From: Promethearchaeota archaeon Loki_b31
GTDB taxonomy: Archaea > Asgardarchaeota > Lokiarchaeia > Sigyniarchaeales > SOKP01
Direction: 5' to 3'
Assembly (NCBI GenBank): GCA_005222975.1
Contig: NJBI01000008.1
Span: forward strand, 19,818-83,817
DNA: 64,000 nt
Shown here: positions 53,907 through 64,000 of the stretch, one piece after another
Layout: every line of letters starts with the position of its first letter
Position numbering within the stretch: the stretch's first letter is position 1
Notes under the pieces: model-generated
Databases searched by the model: none
Told to the model about the DNA's origin: nothing
What the model saw: only the letters and a program-made list of their open reading frames with translations
Translations under genes and position numbers: made by a program

Positions 53907-55373
53907 GTGATACTTATAGCCAATATTGGGAATAGGGACGTTCTATACAAGGGAGTTCCGTTAAAAAACAATAATTTCCGACGGGAAAGCGAAGCGTTAT
54001 TAAAAAATTACGAGCTTGAGAAAGATAATCTTTCCTTTCCGATACTATCTCTCTATCTCGAGACTTTTAAAGACAAATTAAAGAGAATTTATCTATTTGT
54101 AACCAATCAAGAAGACGAGCGATACCGACCTTCCGATACTCTTTTTTTAGGTAGTATAATTAAATTATGGGTCAAAGAGATGTATAATGTTAGCGTAAAC
54201 GTGGTAGATTACGTTTTAAATCCCACAGATTACGAACTTACGTATAGATATTTTACTAATTACTTCTTACAAGAAAGAAGCGTTTTTGACAGAGCGGAAA
54301 AGCGTTTAATTTCTTTATCGGGTGGAACGCCCCAAATGAACGGCGCTCTTTACGTTATATTATCTTCGATCTACCCTCAAAATAACGAATTTTATAGCGT
54401 AGAACAAGGCAATTTAATTCCTGTTAATCACGAAAAAACAATTAATAAAATTTACGCAAAGAAAGCAAGTAGTGAACTGTTGCGGATTTATCAATATCAT
54501 TCAATCGTGCGATTATTAGAAAGGTATAGCTTATCAAGAACTAAATCGCTCGTGTTTTTGTTGAAATACGCCCATTTCAGGAGAAACTTTAACTTTGAAG
54601 AAGCTAAAAACAATTTAGCCGAGTTTAAAAAAACAATTCCGAGCGCTCAACACAAGGATTATGATTTCCTCGATTTAGATGACGTTGTTTCCCCGAAGAA
54701 TTTAATCAAAGAACTTTTCTGGAGGATCGAAATTTGCTATAAAAACCATAATTATTTGTTTTTAATCGCGTTATTGTTTCGATTAGAAGAGGCTCTTTTG
54801 TTCGAAATAGTTAATTACTTATTTAAAGACGATTATAAGAAAGATTTTAAGGATCGAAAAGAGACCCACTCTGAATTCGTAGCGTATTTAGAGAACAACG
54901 AAAAGAATTTATGGAACAACTTGAAAGAAACTACGGTTAAAGGACAAAAATTGCTAGTAAATCCTAACGATCTAAATCGAATTGTTCTATTTTTTATTGC
55001 TTACTACAAATGCAAAGAGTTAGAAAGTAAGGGAGTTTATATTCACCAAGTTAGATACATTTTAGATATTTTAGATAAAATTAATAAATATCGCTACGAC
55101 GAGGAGGGTCGCAAGGAGTTTTACGGAGACCAGCTCGGAAGCAAGTGTTTAGGGGATTTACGAAACAAATCTCTAATCGCTCACGGTTTTGAACCTGTTT
55201 CTAAAGAAGTTATTGAGGAATTATATAACGAGCAATTAGATAAATTTTTCAATAATTTAAAAGCAAAAATAGAAAATTTGCTCGGGCTATTTTTAGGGGA
55301 GAAATCGCCTAAGATTAATAATATTTTCAAGACAATTAACGAAAAATTATCGGTCTTAATTAAAGATTTATAA
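53907..55373 (+). CDS. csm6: Csm6/Csx1-like CARF-HEPN ribonuclease
   Basis: N-terminal Rossmann/CARF region (ANIGNRD...SLSGGTPQM) and HEPN motif LRNKSLIAHGF; lies inside the csm operon. Confidence 0.82.
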   Translation: MILIANIGNRDVLYKGVPLKNNNFRRESEALLKNYELEKDNLSFPILSLYLETFKDKLKRIYLFVTNQEDERYRPSDTLFLGSIIKLWVKEMYNVSVNVVDYVLNPTDYELTYRYFTNYFLQERSVFDRAEKRLISLSGGTPQMNGALYVILSSIYPQNNEFYSVEQGNLIPVNHEKTINKIYAKKASSELLRIYQYHSIVRLLERYSLSRTKSLVFLLKYAHFRRNFNFEEAKNNLAEFKKTIPSAQHKDYDFLDLDDVVSPKNLIKELFWRIEICYKNHNYLFLIALLFRLEEALLFEIVNYLFKDDYKKDFKDRKETHSEFVAYLENNEKNLWNNLKETTVKGQKLLVNPNDLNRIVLFFIAYYKCKELESKGVYIHQVRYILDILDKINKYRYDEEGRKEFYGDQLGSKCLGDLRNKSLIAHGFEPVSKEVIEELYNEQLDKFFNNLKAKIENLLGLFLGEKSPKINNIFKTINEKLSVLIKDL

Positions 55374-55399
55374 TTAATCAAAAGGATTTATTAACCAAT

Positions 55400-56074
55400 A
55401 TGAAATTACAAATTTTAAATCTTTTTCTCGTTGTAGACAGGGAGATCGAAGAGACTTCTAGAAAATTGCGAGGGTTTATTGGAGAAAAATTCGCGAGCTA
55501 TCACGAGCTTCATCACCATTTAAATTCTCTCGATCGTAGGAAGTTAAAATACGAGTATCCAAAAATCCAATATAACGTTCATCGAGATAAAGCAATTATT
55601 TTAGGGATAGGTGAAAATAACATCTCGATTTTAAGAAACATCGTGCTAACCCTTAAAGAATTGCGTTTAGGACGCAACACTTACGAGATTCGAGAAATAA
55701 AAGCTCATTACAGCGAACCTGAGTTTAAAATTACGGAAAAAAACGAGTTAAAGCTTTATTCTTTTCGCACTCCGTGGATTGCCCTCAACGAAAAAAACTA
55801 TAAGCAGTACAAAGACGCCTCGATCAAGTCAAAACGCACCCTGTTAAAAAAAATTTTGATCGGAAACATTCTTTCCGCGTCAAAAAGCTTTGAATATACC
55901 GTACCCGCAACAATTAGCGTGGAATTAGACATATACCCGTTAAAAGTTACGTACAAAGGCGTAGACCTTGTGGGTTTTAAAGGGAACTTCGAGACTAACT
56001 TCCTCATACCTGATTATTTTGGATTAGGAAAAGCCGTATCGCACGGCTACGGCACCTTAAAACGGGTAGAGTAG
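55400..56074 (+). CDS. cas6: Cas6 (Cas6b-like) crRNA endoribonuclease
   Basis: KLRGFIG, YPKIQY, TPWIALN, LIGNILS and G-loop GLGKAVSHGYG. Confidence 0.94.
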   Translation: MKLQILNLFLVVDREIEETSRKLRGFIGEKFASYHELHHHLNSLDRRKLKYEYPKIQYNVHRDKAIILGIGENNISILRNIVLTLKELRLGRNTYEIREIKAHYSEPEFKITEKNELKLYSFRTPWIALNEKNYKQYKDASIKSKRTLLKKILIGNILSASKSFEYTVPATISVELDIYPLKVTYKGVDLVGFKGNFETNFLIPDYFGLGKAVSHGYGTLKRVE

Positions 56075-56197
56075 TGACCTTTTTAGTGGTACCTTATAGA
56101 TTTTTTTAAATCAACCAATTTAAGTTTCCCGATTTCGTTATTTTATTAAATTCCTGATTTTTTGCTTTCGTAATTCTTCATTATTGCAATAAAAAAC

Positions 56198-56730
56198 TAT
56201 ATTTAAAGTATTTAAACCATTTCGAGGATCGAATTATTTATTTTTACGATTTTGTATAAGCTAACAATTTAATTTAATTCAACACCTCAATGAGAGCTTT
56301 TTGTTAAGGAGAAGTCTACTCGATCGAGCATTTCTCGATAAAAAAGCCGGAAAACAAAGATAGGCGATGGTCGTATGAATTCTAAAATTCTTTAATTTAA
56401 GCAGACTAATATAAAAACAACTAGCTAATATTGAGACCAAAAAGAGCTTGCGAGCGTTTTCCTCGAACCAAATTTCGCCGAATTTCTTTAAATATCAAAC
56501 GCGAAATTTTTAATGTTCGAAATCTTTTTGTTTACAACAACTCACATATCAAAAGATATGAAAAAGAATTCTCGAACGATAGACCTCGGCTCGAGAAAAA
56601 ATCGTATAGAATCCTTAGAACTCGCTCAAAAATCAAAAGAATAGAAATAGGACGCCAACAACGAGTTAATTACTGCTCTTTAACAAAATTTAAATAGTGC
56701 CTTAGCGTATTATATTATTAAAAAATTAAG
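56198..56730 (+). promoter_or_regulatory. Leader of CRISPR array 2
   Basis: Adjoins the first repeat; inverted paralog of 45177-45710. Confidence 0.88.
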
Positions 56731-58103
56731 GTAGCAATAAAATATCCAACAAAACAAGGATTGAAATTATCGTGAGCTTTTCGGTACATCATATACTCGT
56801 CCCAGTAGCAATAAAATATCCAACAAAACAAGGATTGAAATATTTTTAGATATGATTTTGTTTTTTTCATTTATAATGTAGCAATAAAATATCCAACAAA
56901 ACAAGGATTGAAATTAGATAAAATTCATTTATATTAATATTAAACTTATTATGTAGCAATAAAATATCCAACAAAACAAGGATTGAAATTAGCAAGCGAT
57001 CTCTTTTTCTCCTGGAATAAATAAAGTAGCAATAAAATATCCAACAAAACAAGGATTGAAATAAACGATTGATGGCACGTGTGGTTCATCGCTTTTGCGG
57101 TAGCAATAAAATATCCAACAAAACAAGGATTGAAATTTACACATATCACATCACTCCATATATTTTTTTGTTGTAGCAATAAAATATCCAACAAAACAAG
57201 GATTGAAATTAAGTTTTTTATCGTCAGTTATGTTTAATTCTAATATAGTAGCAATAAAATATCCAACAAAACAAGGATTGAAATAATTTAAACTATTGTG
57301 AGTAGTTGTTTCATATAGTGTGTAGCAATAAAATATCCAACAAAACAAGGATTGAAATGTTGGGTTAGATCAACAAGAAAATTACAAGGTTTAAAACGTA
57401 GCAATAAAATATCCAACAAAACAAGGATTGAAATCCTACATCGTGGTATATACCGTCTTTAGGTCTAATCGTAGCAATAAAATATCCAACAAAACAAGGA
57501 TTGAAATTCTGATCGTTCGATTTGGTTGAACAGCCTCCGCAAACGTAGCAATAAAATATCCAACAAAACAAGGATTGAAATTGTTTAACACACTTACCGA
57601 TCCACTTAATAACTTCCGGGTAGCAATAAAATATCCAACAAAACAAGGATTGAAATAGCATAAAACCCAATTCTATCCCTATAATAAAAGTAGTAGCAAT
57701 AAAATATCCAACAAAACAAGGATTGAAATTCCATGTAATGCATTATCTCCCTAACATGAGCAATACCAGTAGCAATAAAATATCCAACAAAACAAGGATT
57801 GAAATTGTTTTTGTAGGCATTGGTGAACATTTTCTCGTATCTGTAGCAATAAAATATCCAACAAAACAAGGATTGAAATATACAGAAACCTAACAATTCC
57901 ATTCTATAACCCGCAGTAGCAATAAAATATCCAACAAAACAAGGATTGAAATCAATTTTCTGTTATTATGTGTTTTGTTAGACTTCTAAGTAGCAATAAA
58001 ATATCCAACAAAACAAGGATTGAAATTTTTCATGTTCATCTATTGCCTGATTAATAACATCTTGTAGTAGCAATAAAATATCCAACAAAACAAGGATTGT
58101 TAA
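56731..58103 (+). CRISPR. CRISPR array 2: 19 repeats (last degenerate), 18 spacers; repeat GTAGCAATAAAATATCCAACAAAACAAGGATTGAAAT
   Basis: 37-nt identical repeats with ~36-40-nt spacers; terminal repeat ends GATTGTAAT. Confidence 0.98.
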
Positions 58104-58184
58104 TTGCAAATTGTAAAAGTTAAATTTTACTATTAATAATTAGTTAACAAGACAAAATTTTTCACTATACTCAAGGTCAATATT

Positions 58185-58475
58185 ATGGTAAATTTGAATG
58201 AAAATAGACTTAAGCAACTTCTCGGAAATATTAATCAAAATCCTCAGATGAAGGATCAATACGAATCCAAGTGGCATAGCGTTGTACATTTTTTGCATAA
58301 CAATGTCGGATATAAAATCGCAAAAGTAGCAAAAGCAGGTTCACAAGCAAAACACACGGAAAGTCGCAATAGCGATTTAGATATAATATTCTCTACTTCC
58401 CCCAATCAAAATGTGAATAATGTTCTTAATACCATTCAAGATAAAGCAAAAAAGAATTATGGAAAAGAATTATAA
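58185..58475 (+). pseudogene. Truncated CD-NTase/OAS-like (Pol-beta superfamily) nucleotidyltransferase
   Basis: AGSQAKHTESRNSDLDIIF matches GSxAKxT...SDxD; the ORF stops at 96 aa, before the third catalytic Asp. Confidence 0.65.
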
Positions 58476-58531
58476 GATTAAATAATAAACCAGAAATTGG
58501 TTCGTTCATTAGAGATTGGTTATGTTTAAGA

Positions 58532-59026
58532 TTGCTTCAAATTCAAATTAAGAAAAAATTATCATTTTATAACACATATAATGTCGATGAACTTGATTTC
58601 TTCACATTATCTCCAAGAAATTTTGAAAGACTTCTTTTTTGGATATTTAAAAAAAAGAAGGGTTGGAAAGAGATACAATGGAGAGGTGCGGGGGGTAGTG
58701 AAAAAGGCAAAGATATACTTGCTATAAAAAAGAAAAGTGAAAGGAATTGGATAATCCAAGCAAAACGGGAAAAAAGTTTTAGTAGGAGCAACTTTGAACA
58801 AGAATTTGAAAAAGTTTTAAGTGAACTTAAAAATTATGATTGTGAGGGATATCAGATTTTTTTAGCTAGAAACGCTACTGAAGATATATTTAAATGTGGA
58901 GAGGAATTAGCTAAAGAATATAAGTATCAAATTAAAGTAAAAGATAGAGAGGAAATTAATTATATTGTAAAACATGAACCTATTTTATTGAAAGAGTTTT
59001 TCAATTATCCAATAAAAACTAATTAA
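58532..59026 (+). CDS. Mrr-like restriction endonuclease domain protein
   Basis: LSPRNFERL...GGSEKGKDILA...WIIQAKR, an Mrr_cat FE...D...QxK pattern. Confidence 0.8.
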   Translation: MLQIQIKKKLSFYNTYNVDELDFFTLSPRNFERLLFWIFKKKKGWKEIQWRGAGGSEKGKDILAIKKKSERNWIIQAKREKSFSRSNFEQEFEKVLSELKNYDCEGYQIFLARNATEDIFKCGEELAKEYKYQIKVKDREEINYIVKHEPILLKEFFNYPIKTN

Positions 59027-59263
59027 AAAAGCAAGGCAAATACTCAAAGACTATGCAAAAAATAGGGCCTTATTGGAACTGAACTGATATTCTTTAAATT
59101 AACGAATAAAATTTTATTCCCCAGAAGAAAGTGAGATGGCTGAAATAATTATCCTGCTGATCGAAATTCTAATAAAAGAAGATACCAAATAATTTATAGA
59201 TATAATTCAAGAATGTTACAATACTTTTATGGTTATTATGTGGTCCTATTTAACCGAATTAAA

Positions 59264-62200
59264 TTATTTATTAACATAAAATTTCTCAAAAACTATTAAT
59301 GTTTTATTTATTGATTTTATTATTTTTGAAATATTATTAAGAAAAATTGTTTTATCTAATATTCCTCCATGACTGCCAGGATTGCGTGTTAGGCGTGCTA
59401 GCGATGTAAATTCTTGAATTATTCTAAGATCATTCTCAGTAATTATACTTGGAAGAGCCTTCTTTAAGTCTAAAATAAGTGTATCTGAATTTAGATTTAA
59501 TAGCTCATTAATTAAAAACGATATATGAGCCATAGACATATGATTTCCCTTCCATAGCTCTCTTAAACCTAATGGTAGTTTTTTCCGGTCCTTATATGGA
59601 ATTATTGAATTAATTGGATAAATATCTGTTAATACATCTAAGAAATTCTTAGAAAATGTAGAATGATAGCAACAATCAAATCCATTTGTTAATTCTATAA
59701 AAATAATACCTGTATTTTCAGTTAATGTATCTAAATTATTTACATTTCTAATTAGTTGCTCTGCTAATTTAAAATGGTCTAATGCGTCTTTTACATGTAC
59801 TATGTTTAAATTAATAATGCCCATTATATACATGTCCGTTATTAAACTATGTGCGTGCATTAAATCAGCAGTCTTTTTATCTATATCTTTGAAGTGTTTT
59901 TCTGCTTTAAGAAAAATTTCTTTTGCTTTTATATTATTCAATTTAAATTGGTACATTTTTGCTAAATTATTCCAAAACACTGGATCACTGGGATTAATTT
60001 CAAGAGCCAATTCAAATTTTTCTATTGCATTATCAAGTTTTATTGTATCACTATAAACTGTTCCAATGTTATTTAATAGAGAAGCCTTAAATTCATCATT
60101 CTTAGTAATATCCGATGCCTTGTTAAAATATACAATAGCTTCATCAAAATAGCCCAAATCTGCTAGAGATAATCCAACATCACAATAAATAATATCAAGT
60201 TTTTTTACGAAACTTTTAATATATTGAGGTTCACTAATCATTTTCAAAATTAATTTACTGAATACATCTTTTTTAAACCAAATAATTAGATACTGAAATA
60301 ATGACTTCAGATTAGTATTAACACTTATATAATTAGAATGATCCCTAATTTGATATATCTTAAATAGATTTTTACTAGCTTTCTTATAATCTCCTTGAAA
60401 TAAATGTAAAATTGTTAAATATTTATTATAATAACCATCATCAGGCTTGAAGTCTAATGCTTGATTTAGATAATAAATAGCAGAATCATATTCTTTTAAA
60501 TATAAAAAGGGAAAGGCAAGTGTTTCATAAATAATTTTCAATCTTTCATTCTCATATTCTTGATAGGATAATTCTTCAATATCTAATTTTAATCTTATTG
60601 CTTGTTTAAAACTTGCCATTGACTGTGCTTCAAGACACCTATTTAATAATTTGTTTAACTCCCAGAAATTTTCATTAAATAACAAAATGTCATTTGCATT
60701 ATTCTGTAAGAAAATTTTTCTATAATCAGCATAAATAAAATATATTTCAAAACTTGAAGGTATTAAAGGTTCTCTCTCTAATATTTCGACAGACTTAAAA
60801 TCGTAGATAAAAGGTTTATTTTTTTCATAATGAAAGCCTTCTGAAGTTAATAAATTAGGGGGAATTAATGAAAAAACAACTTCAAATGGATTAGTTTCTT
60901 TGTTTTTTAATAATTCCTTAAAGTTAACACTCAAGCTATTAATAATTTTTCTTTCATTATTGAAATCATTAATTAATCGATATAAGATACTACTTAAAAT
61001 CTCAAATTTTATTTTATTATTGGTATTGTCCTCCCTATTCCGCATTAAATAATAGATTTTAATTACAAATTTAACAATTGCATTCTTATTTGATTTTACT
61101 CCAATATTTGCTAATAAAAATAGAGTTTCGATCTGAACACGAGATTTTGGATCTATTAGGTTTATTAATACTTCCTTAGAGTTCTTAAATGCTTCTTTGC
61201 AATCATTAAGAAATGGAAATTTATCGAACAATATTTGTAATGCTTTATCATATTTCTTCTGTTCAACTAATGATTTGCAGAGATATTTAGTCAAAATAAG
61301 TAATTCATTTGTATTTCCTTTAGCTGAATTAATTGTGCCCTTTTTTTCAAATTTCTCTAAGTTGATTTCTAGAATTGGTTGAATATCTGAGAGAAATCCA
61401 AATTTATACCAAATTGGTAAATCTCCAATAAATTGATTGTAATCGTAAAAATCTGGATTTTTTAAAATATATTTTATAACAGAATCAATACCATAGAATT
61501 GATTTAAATAATTTAACTTAATTTCGGTTTTTAAGGAATTGAAATATAGAATTCCTGCAATAACAAGAAATGATCTTCTTAATTTTACTTTATTTAATAA
61601 ATCTGCTTCACTTTTTACAACATCTTGGAAGTGTTCAATATATTCATTAATATCCTTTAATAATAGCTGAAAATTTAAATTGTCAATGATATCTTGCATA
61701 GATTCGCATATTAAAATGTTATTTCTTTGAGCATCTATATAATCCAAGAAGAATGGATTAATATTCTCAACAACTTCTCTTATAGCGTTTAATAAATAAT
61801 GATAGGCGTTTCGGTTTTCGCCATAGGGATTTGTTGTCCAAAATAAGTAATATCCCTGATGGTATCCAGTAATAAATTCCATAAGAATTGATTCAGCGGC
61901 ATAAGCTTCTGGTTTTTTCCCTGCTTCCATACAGTCTTTCCATTTTTGATGAAACCAACTCTTTTTAGTTTTAGTAGGTAAGAGAGCCGAGGTAAAAATT
62001 TTTAGATAATTATAGTCTCTGATGTTTTGAATTTTAAATTTCATTTCATAAATCTCTAAATCCTTATCGACTTTTTTAGATTGAGATTGGAAATTTTTAA
62101 ATAAATCCGATTCTTGGACAAAATTTAAAATTTCTCTCTTTATTCTCCTTAAAACTGCCTTATTTTGATTTAATTCATCGTATATTTTTAACCGAAATCC

Positions 62201-62404
62201 GGGATCAAGTCTAATTTTTTTAAGAAAAAGATTTTGGAGAAGTAATTCTCTTCCTACTTCTTTATAATTAGTTTTAGGAATTGTTTCTATTTGGCCTATA
62301 AGTTCAACACGATGCCTGAATATAAAACGTTCTATTAGAAAAAAGGGATCGTATTTTTCTTTAAGGGTATTTATTTCTTTTTTACTGCCTTCCTTTGGTT
62401 TCAT
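59264..62404 (-). CDS. Large TPR-repeat protein with C-terminal HEPN-like RxxxxH motif
   Basis: TPRs (YDSAIYYLNQALDFKPDD; LLNNIGTVY...AIEKFELALEINPSDPVFWNNLA); RNPGSH at 59386-59369. Confidence 0.75.
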   Translation of the reverse strand: MKPKEGSKKEINTLKEKYDPFFLIERFIFRHRVELIGQIETIPKTNYKEVGRELLLQNLFLKKIRLDPGFRLKIYDELNQNKAVLRRIKREILNFVQESDLFKNFQSQSKKVDKDLEIYEMKFKIQNIRDYNYLKIFTSALLPTKTKKSWFHQKWKDCMEAGKKPEAYAAESILMEFITGYHQGYYLFWTTNPYGENRNAYHYLLNAIREVVENINPFFLDYIDAQRNNILICESMQDIIDNLNFQLLLKDINEYIEHFQDVVKSEADLLNKVKLRRSFLVIAGILYFNSLKTEIKLNYLNQFYGIDSVIKYILKNPDFYDYNQFIGDLPIWYKFGFLSDIQPILEINLEKFEKKGTINSAKGNTNELLILTKYLCKSLVEQKKYDKALQILFDKFPFLNDCKEAFKNSKEVLINLIDPKSRVQIETLFLLANIGVKSNKNAIVKFVIKIYYLMRNREDNTNNKIKFEILSSILYRLINDFNNERKIINSLSVNFKELLKNKETNPFEVVFSLIPPNLLTSEGFHYEKNKPFIYDFKSVEILEREPLIPSSFEIYFIYADYRKIFLQNNANDILLFNENFWELNKLLNRCLEAQSMASFKQAIRLKLDIEELSYQEYENERLKIIYETLAFPFLYLKEYDSAIYYLNQALDFKPDDGYYNKYLTILHLFQGDYKKASKNLFKIYQIRDHSNYISVNTNLKSLFQYLIIWFKKDVFSKLILKMISEPQYIKSFVKKLDIIYCDVGLSLADLGYFDEAIVYFNKASDITKNDEFKASLLNNIGTVYSDTIKLDNAIEKFELALEINPSDPVFWNNLAKMYQFKLNNIKAKEIFLKAEKHFKDIDKKTADLMHAHSLITDMYIMGIINLNIVHVKDALDHFKLAEQLIRNVNNLDTLTENTGIIFIELTNGFDCCYHSTFSKNFLDVLTDIYPINSIIPYKDRKKLPLGLRELWKGNHMSMAHISFLINELLNLNSDTLILDLKKALPSIITENDLRIIQEFTSLARLTRNPGSHGGILDKTIFLNNISKIIKSINKTLIVFEKFYVNK

Positions 62405-62429
62405 TTTTATTCAATATTTATATTTTTGT

Positions 62430-63152
62430 TTAAATAAAGGGTTGAACCTCCCCCTCTATTCTCATTTCGCCCATCCAAAATAACTTATCTTCCTCATTTT
62501 TATCTATTCCTAAATAGACACAAGGTAAAAGATATTTATTAGCAAGCTCTAATAGTTTAAACGAAAATAATTTGCTCAATGGTGTTATGTCTATAATAAT
62601 ATCTGCTTCTTTCATTTCTTTACTTAAAATATCTTCAATTCGTTGAAAAAATTCAGATTTAGTATGACGATATTCTCTATAAGGGAGAATAACGAATTCA
62701 TCAATCTTCATTAAATTTTCATCAATTATATGGTCATCTCTTTTCGCTTTACCATCGGGAGTTGTAAAGCATATTTTTCGAGTAATTGGAAATTTATATT
62801 TCCTTAAAATGTTTAATACTAAATCTGGAACGCGATATCCTGTCTTTAAAGAACCAAAACCGGTTATTAATGTGTAATTCTTTACATCTTTCCCTAAGAT
62901 TTTTCTTACTTGCTGACGAGCTGCGGGATTCAAAGAAATCGAATTAATTTTTACATTTCCAACTTTATAAAGCGTTTTTTTCCTTATCATGTCTAATTCT
63001 TCTAATCGATTCAAATGATAATGTAGATTCGGTGCAGATGTACGCAATTGTTCTTGTAATTCCTTTTGTTGATACTCTTTTTCAAATAAAATATTTAAAA
63101 TCTGTCTTTGTCTTTCTGAAAAATTTTCACCAGTTAATTTTAATCTCATCAA
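62430..63152 (-). CDS. N-terminal wHTH plus C-terminal CARF-like transcriptional regulator
   Basis: ArsR-type HTH (QKELQEQLRTSAPNLHYHLNRLEE); Rossmann C-terminus (LITGFG...IIIDITPLSKLFS...CVY). Confidence 0.7.
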   Translation of the reverse strand: MMRLKLTGENFSERQRQILNILFEKEYQQKELQEQLRTSAPNLHYHLNRLEELDMIRKKTLYKVGNVKINSISLNPAARQQVRKILGKDVKNYTLITGFGSLKTGYRVPDLVLNILRKYKFPITRKICFTTPDGKAKRDDHIIDENLMKIDEFVILPYREYRHTKSEFFQRIEDILSKEMKEADIIIDITPLSKLFSFKLLELANKYLLPCVYLGIDKNEEDKLFWMGEMRIEGEVQPFI

Positions 63153-63744
63153 ATTTATTATAGTTTTTATCCTTATAATTTTATTCTTTAACGGCCATTA
63201 AATAATTTATAAAATAGCGATTAAACAATCATTTTTAAAGAAATAATTAATCATTAACTTATGGTATTAGAAAGTGTTAATTTTCATTTCTGGCCTTATT
63301 GTAATTTTCAATGTAAATGCTGTTTTGCTCAATTAAAGGTGATTGCGTAAAATTTTCATAAATAAATTTATAATAAAGATTTTGGTATTTCCTGAAATCT
63401 TTCGATTCAAAAGATATAAAATTTTTCTCATAGATATCAGATATTAAGGAAAAGATCGTGTTTTCCCTTGTTTGTAATAAAAGCCTGTCCTACTGGAAGC
63501 TTTTTCAATCGCTCTAATTCTTCTCTATTGCTGAAATATTACTTTAAAAGTAATATTCTTAGTTATTTTAAAGATTTTCTCAGTAGGCAATTCCAAATTT
63601 TTTTTTATTAGTTTTTGTTTAACAAAGTTTAATGGTAGATAAGGCAAAAAGGAGCGGAAAAGATTCCTTTGTCTTGGCTGGCAGGGGTTTTTGAGAATTA
63701 CCTTATTTTTCCATCTTTTTAGTTATAGCTATAATTTTGGAAAT

Positions 63745-64000
63745 TCAACCATTCGATTTAATATTTAATTTAAGGCGAGATTTTTCAATTTTCTCTTTAA
63801 TGCATGTTTCAATAAATTTTAACATATCTTTTTCCAATTTCTCATATCCCTCTGGAGTATCTTTGTAGATAATTGTCCTAATATGTCCTAAATCGAATGG
63901 AATTTTATCTTTTTCTTGACAAATATGAATCACACATTTATCTTTTTTTTCGTGAGCTCTTCCTAATTCATAAAATACATTAGGATTTTTATCAGTTAAA
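63745..64000 (-). CDS. Partial (runs off window) nucleoside 2-deoxyribosyltransferase/TIR-like protein
   Basis: LTDKNPNVFYELGRAH...IPFDLGHIRTIIY motif. Confidence 0.8.
   Translation of the reverse strand, partial: LTDKNPNVFYELGRAHEKKDKCVIHICQEKDKIPFDLGHIRTIIYKDTPEGYEKLEKDMLKFIETCIKEKIEKSRLKLNIKSNG

Noticed and set aside
56431-56697. 88-aa ORF in the array 2 leader
   Set aside because: It lies in the duplicated leader, has a TTG start, and no equivalent ORF is listed for the inverted copy.
44277-58103. Self-targeting spacers against the giant gene or island
   Set aside because: No match noticed by eye; an alignment is needed, so this is not claimed either way.

Overview
AT-rich archaeal DNA, very likely an Asgard archaeon of the Lokiarchaeia type. 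This is inferred from an ESCRT-III/Vps4/ESCRT-II gene cluster, LRR proteins and a membrane-longin protein. Bases 1-29.9 kb are mostly core genes: a corrinoid methyltransferase pair, larB, pgk, tRNA-Val, a tRNA-Gly with two non-canonical introns, the ESCRT cluster, RNA-modification genes and glycogen phosphorylase. From 29.9 kb to the end is an accessory island. (i) A ~9.4-kb single reading frame (~3,100 codons) broken by one in-frame TAA and truncated at its 5' end, followed by small genes including an HMG-box-like protein and decayed nuclease fragments; this is probably a mobile-element remnant. (ii) A type III-A CRISPR-Cas effector locus (cas10-csm2-csm3-csm4-csm5-csm6-cas6, no cas1/cas2) bracketed by two outward-facing arrays whose ~530-bp leaders are inverted copies, with a decayed IS (24-bp TIR, 8-bp TSD) just upstream of cas10. 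(iii) A defence cluster: a truncated CD-NTase/OAS-like nucleotidyltransferase, an Mrr-like nuclease, a wHTH-CARF regulator paired with a 1046-aa TPR-HEPN protein, and a partial nucleoside-deoxyribosyltransferase-like gene. All calls come from reading motifs by eye; no database search was run.
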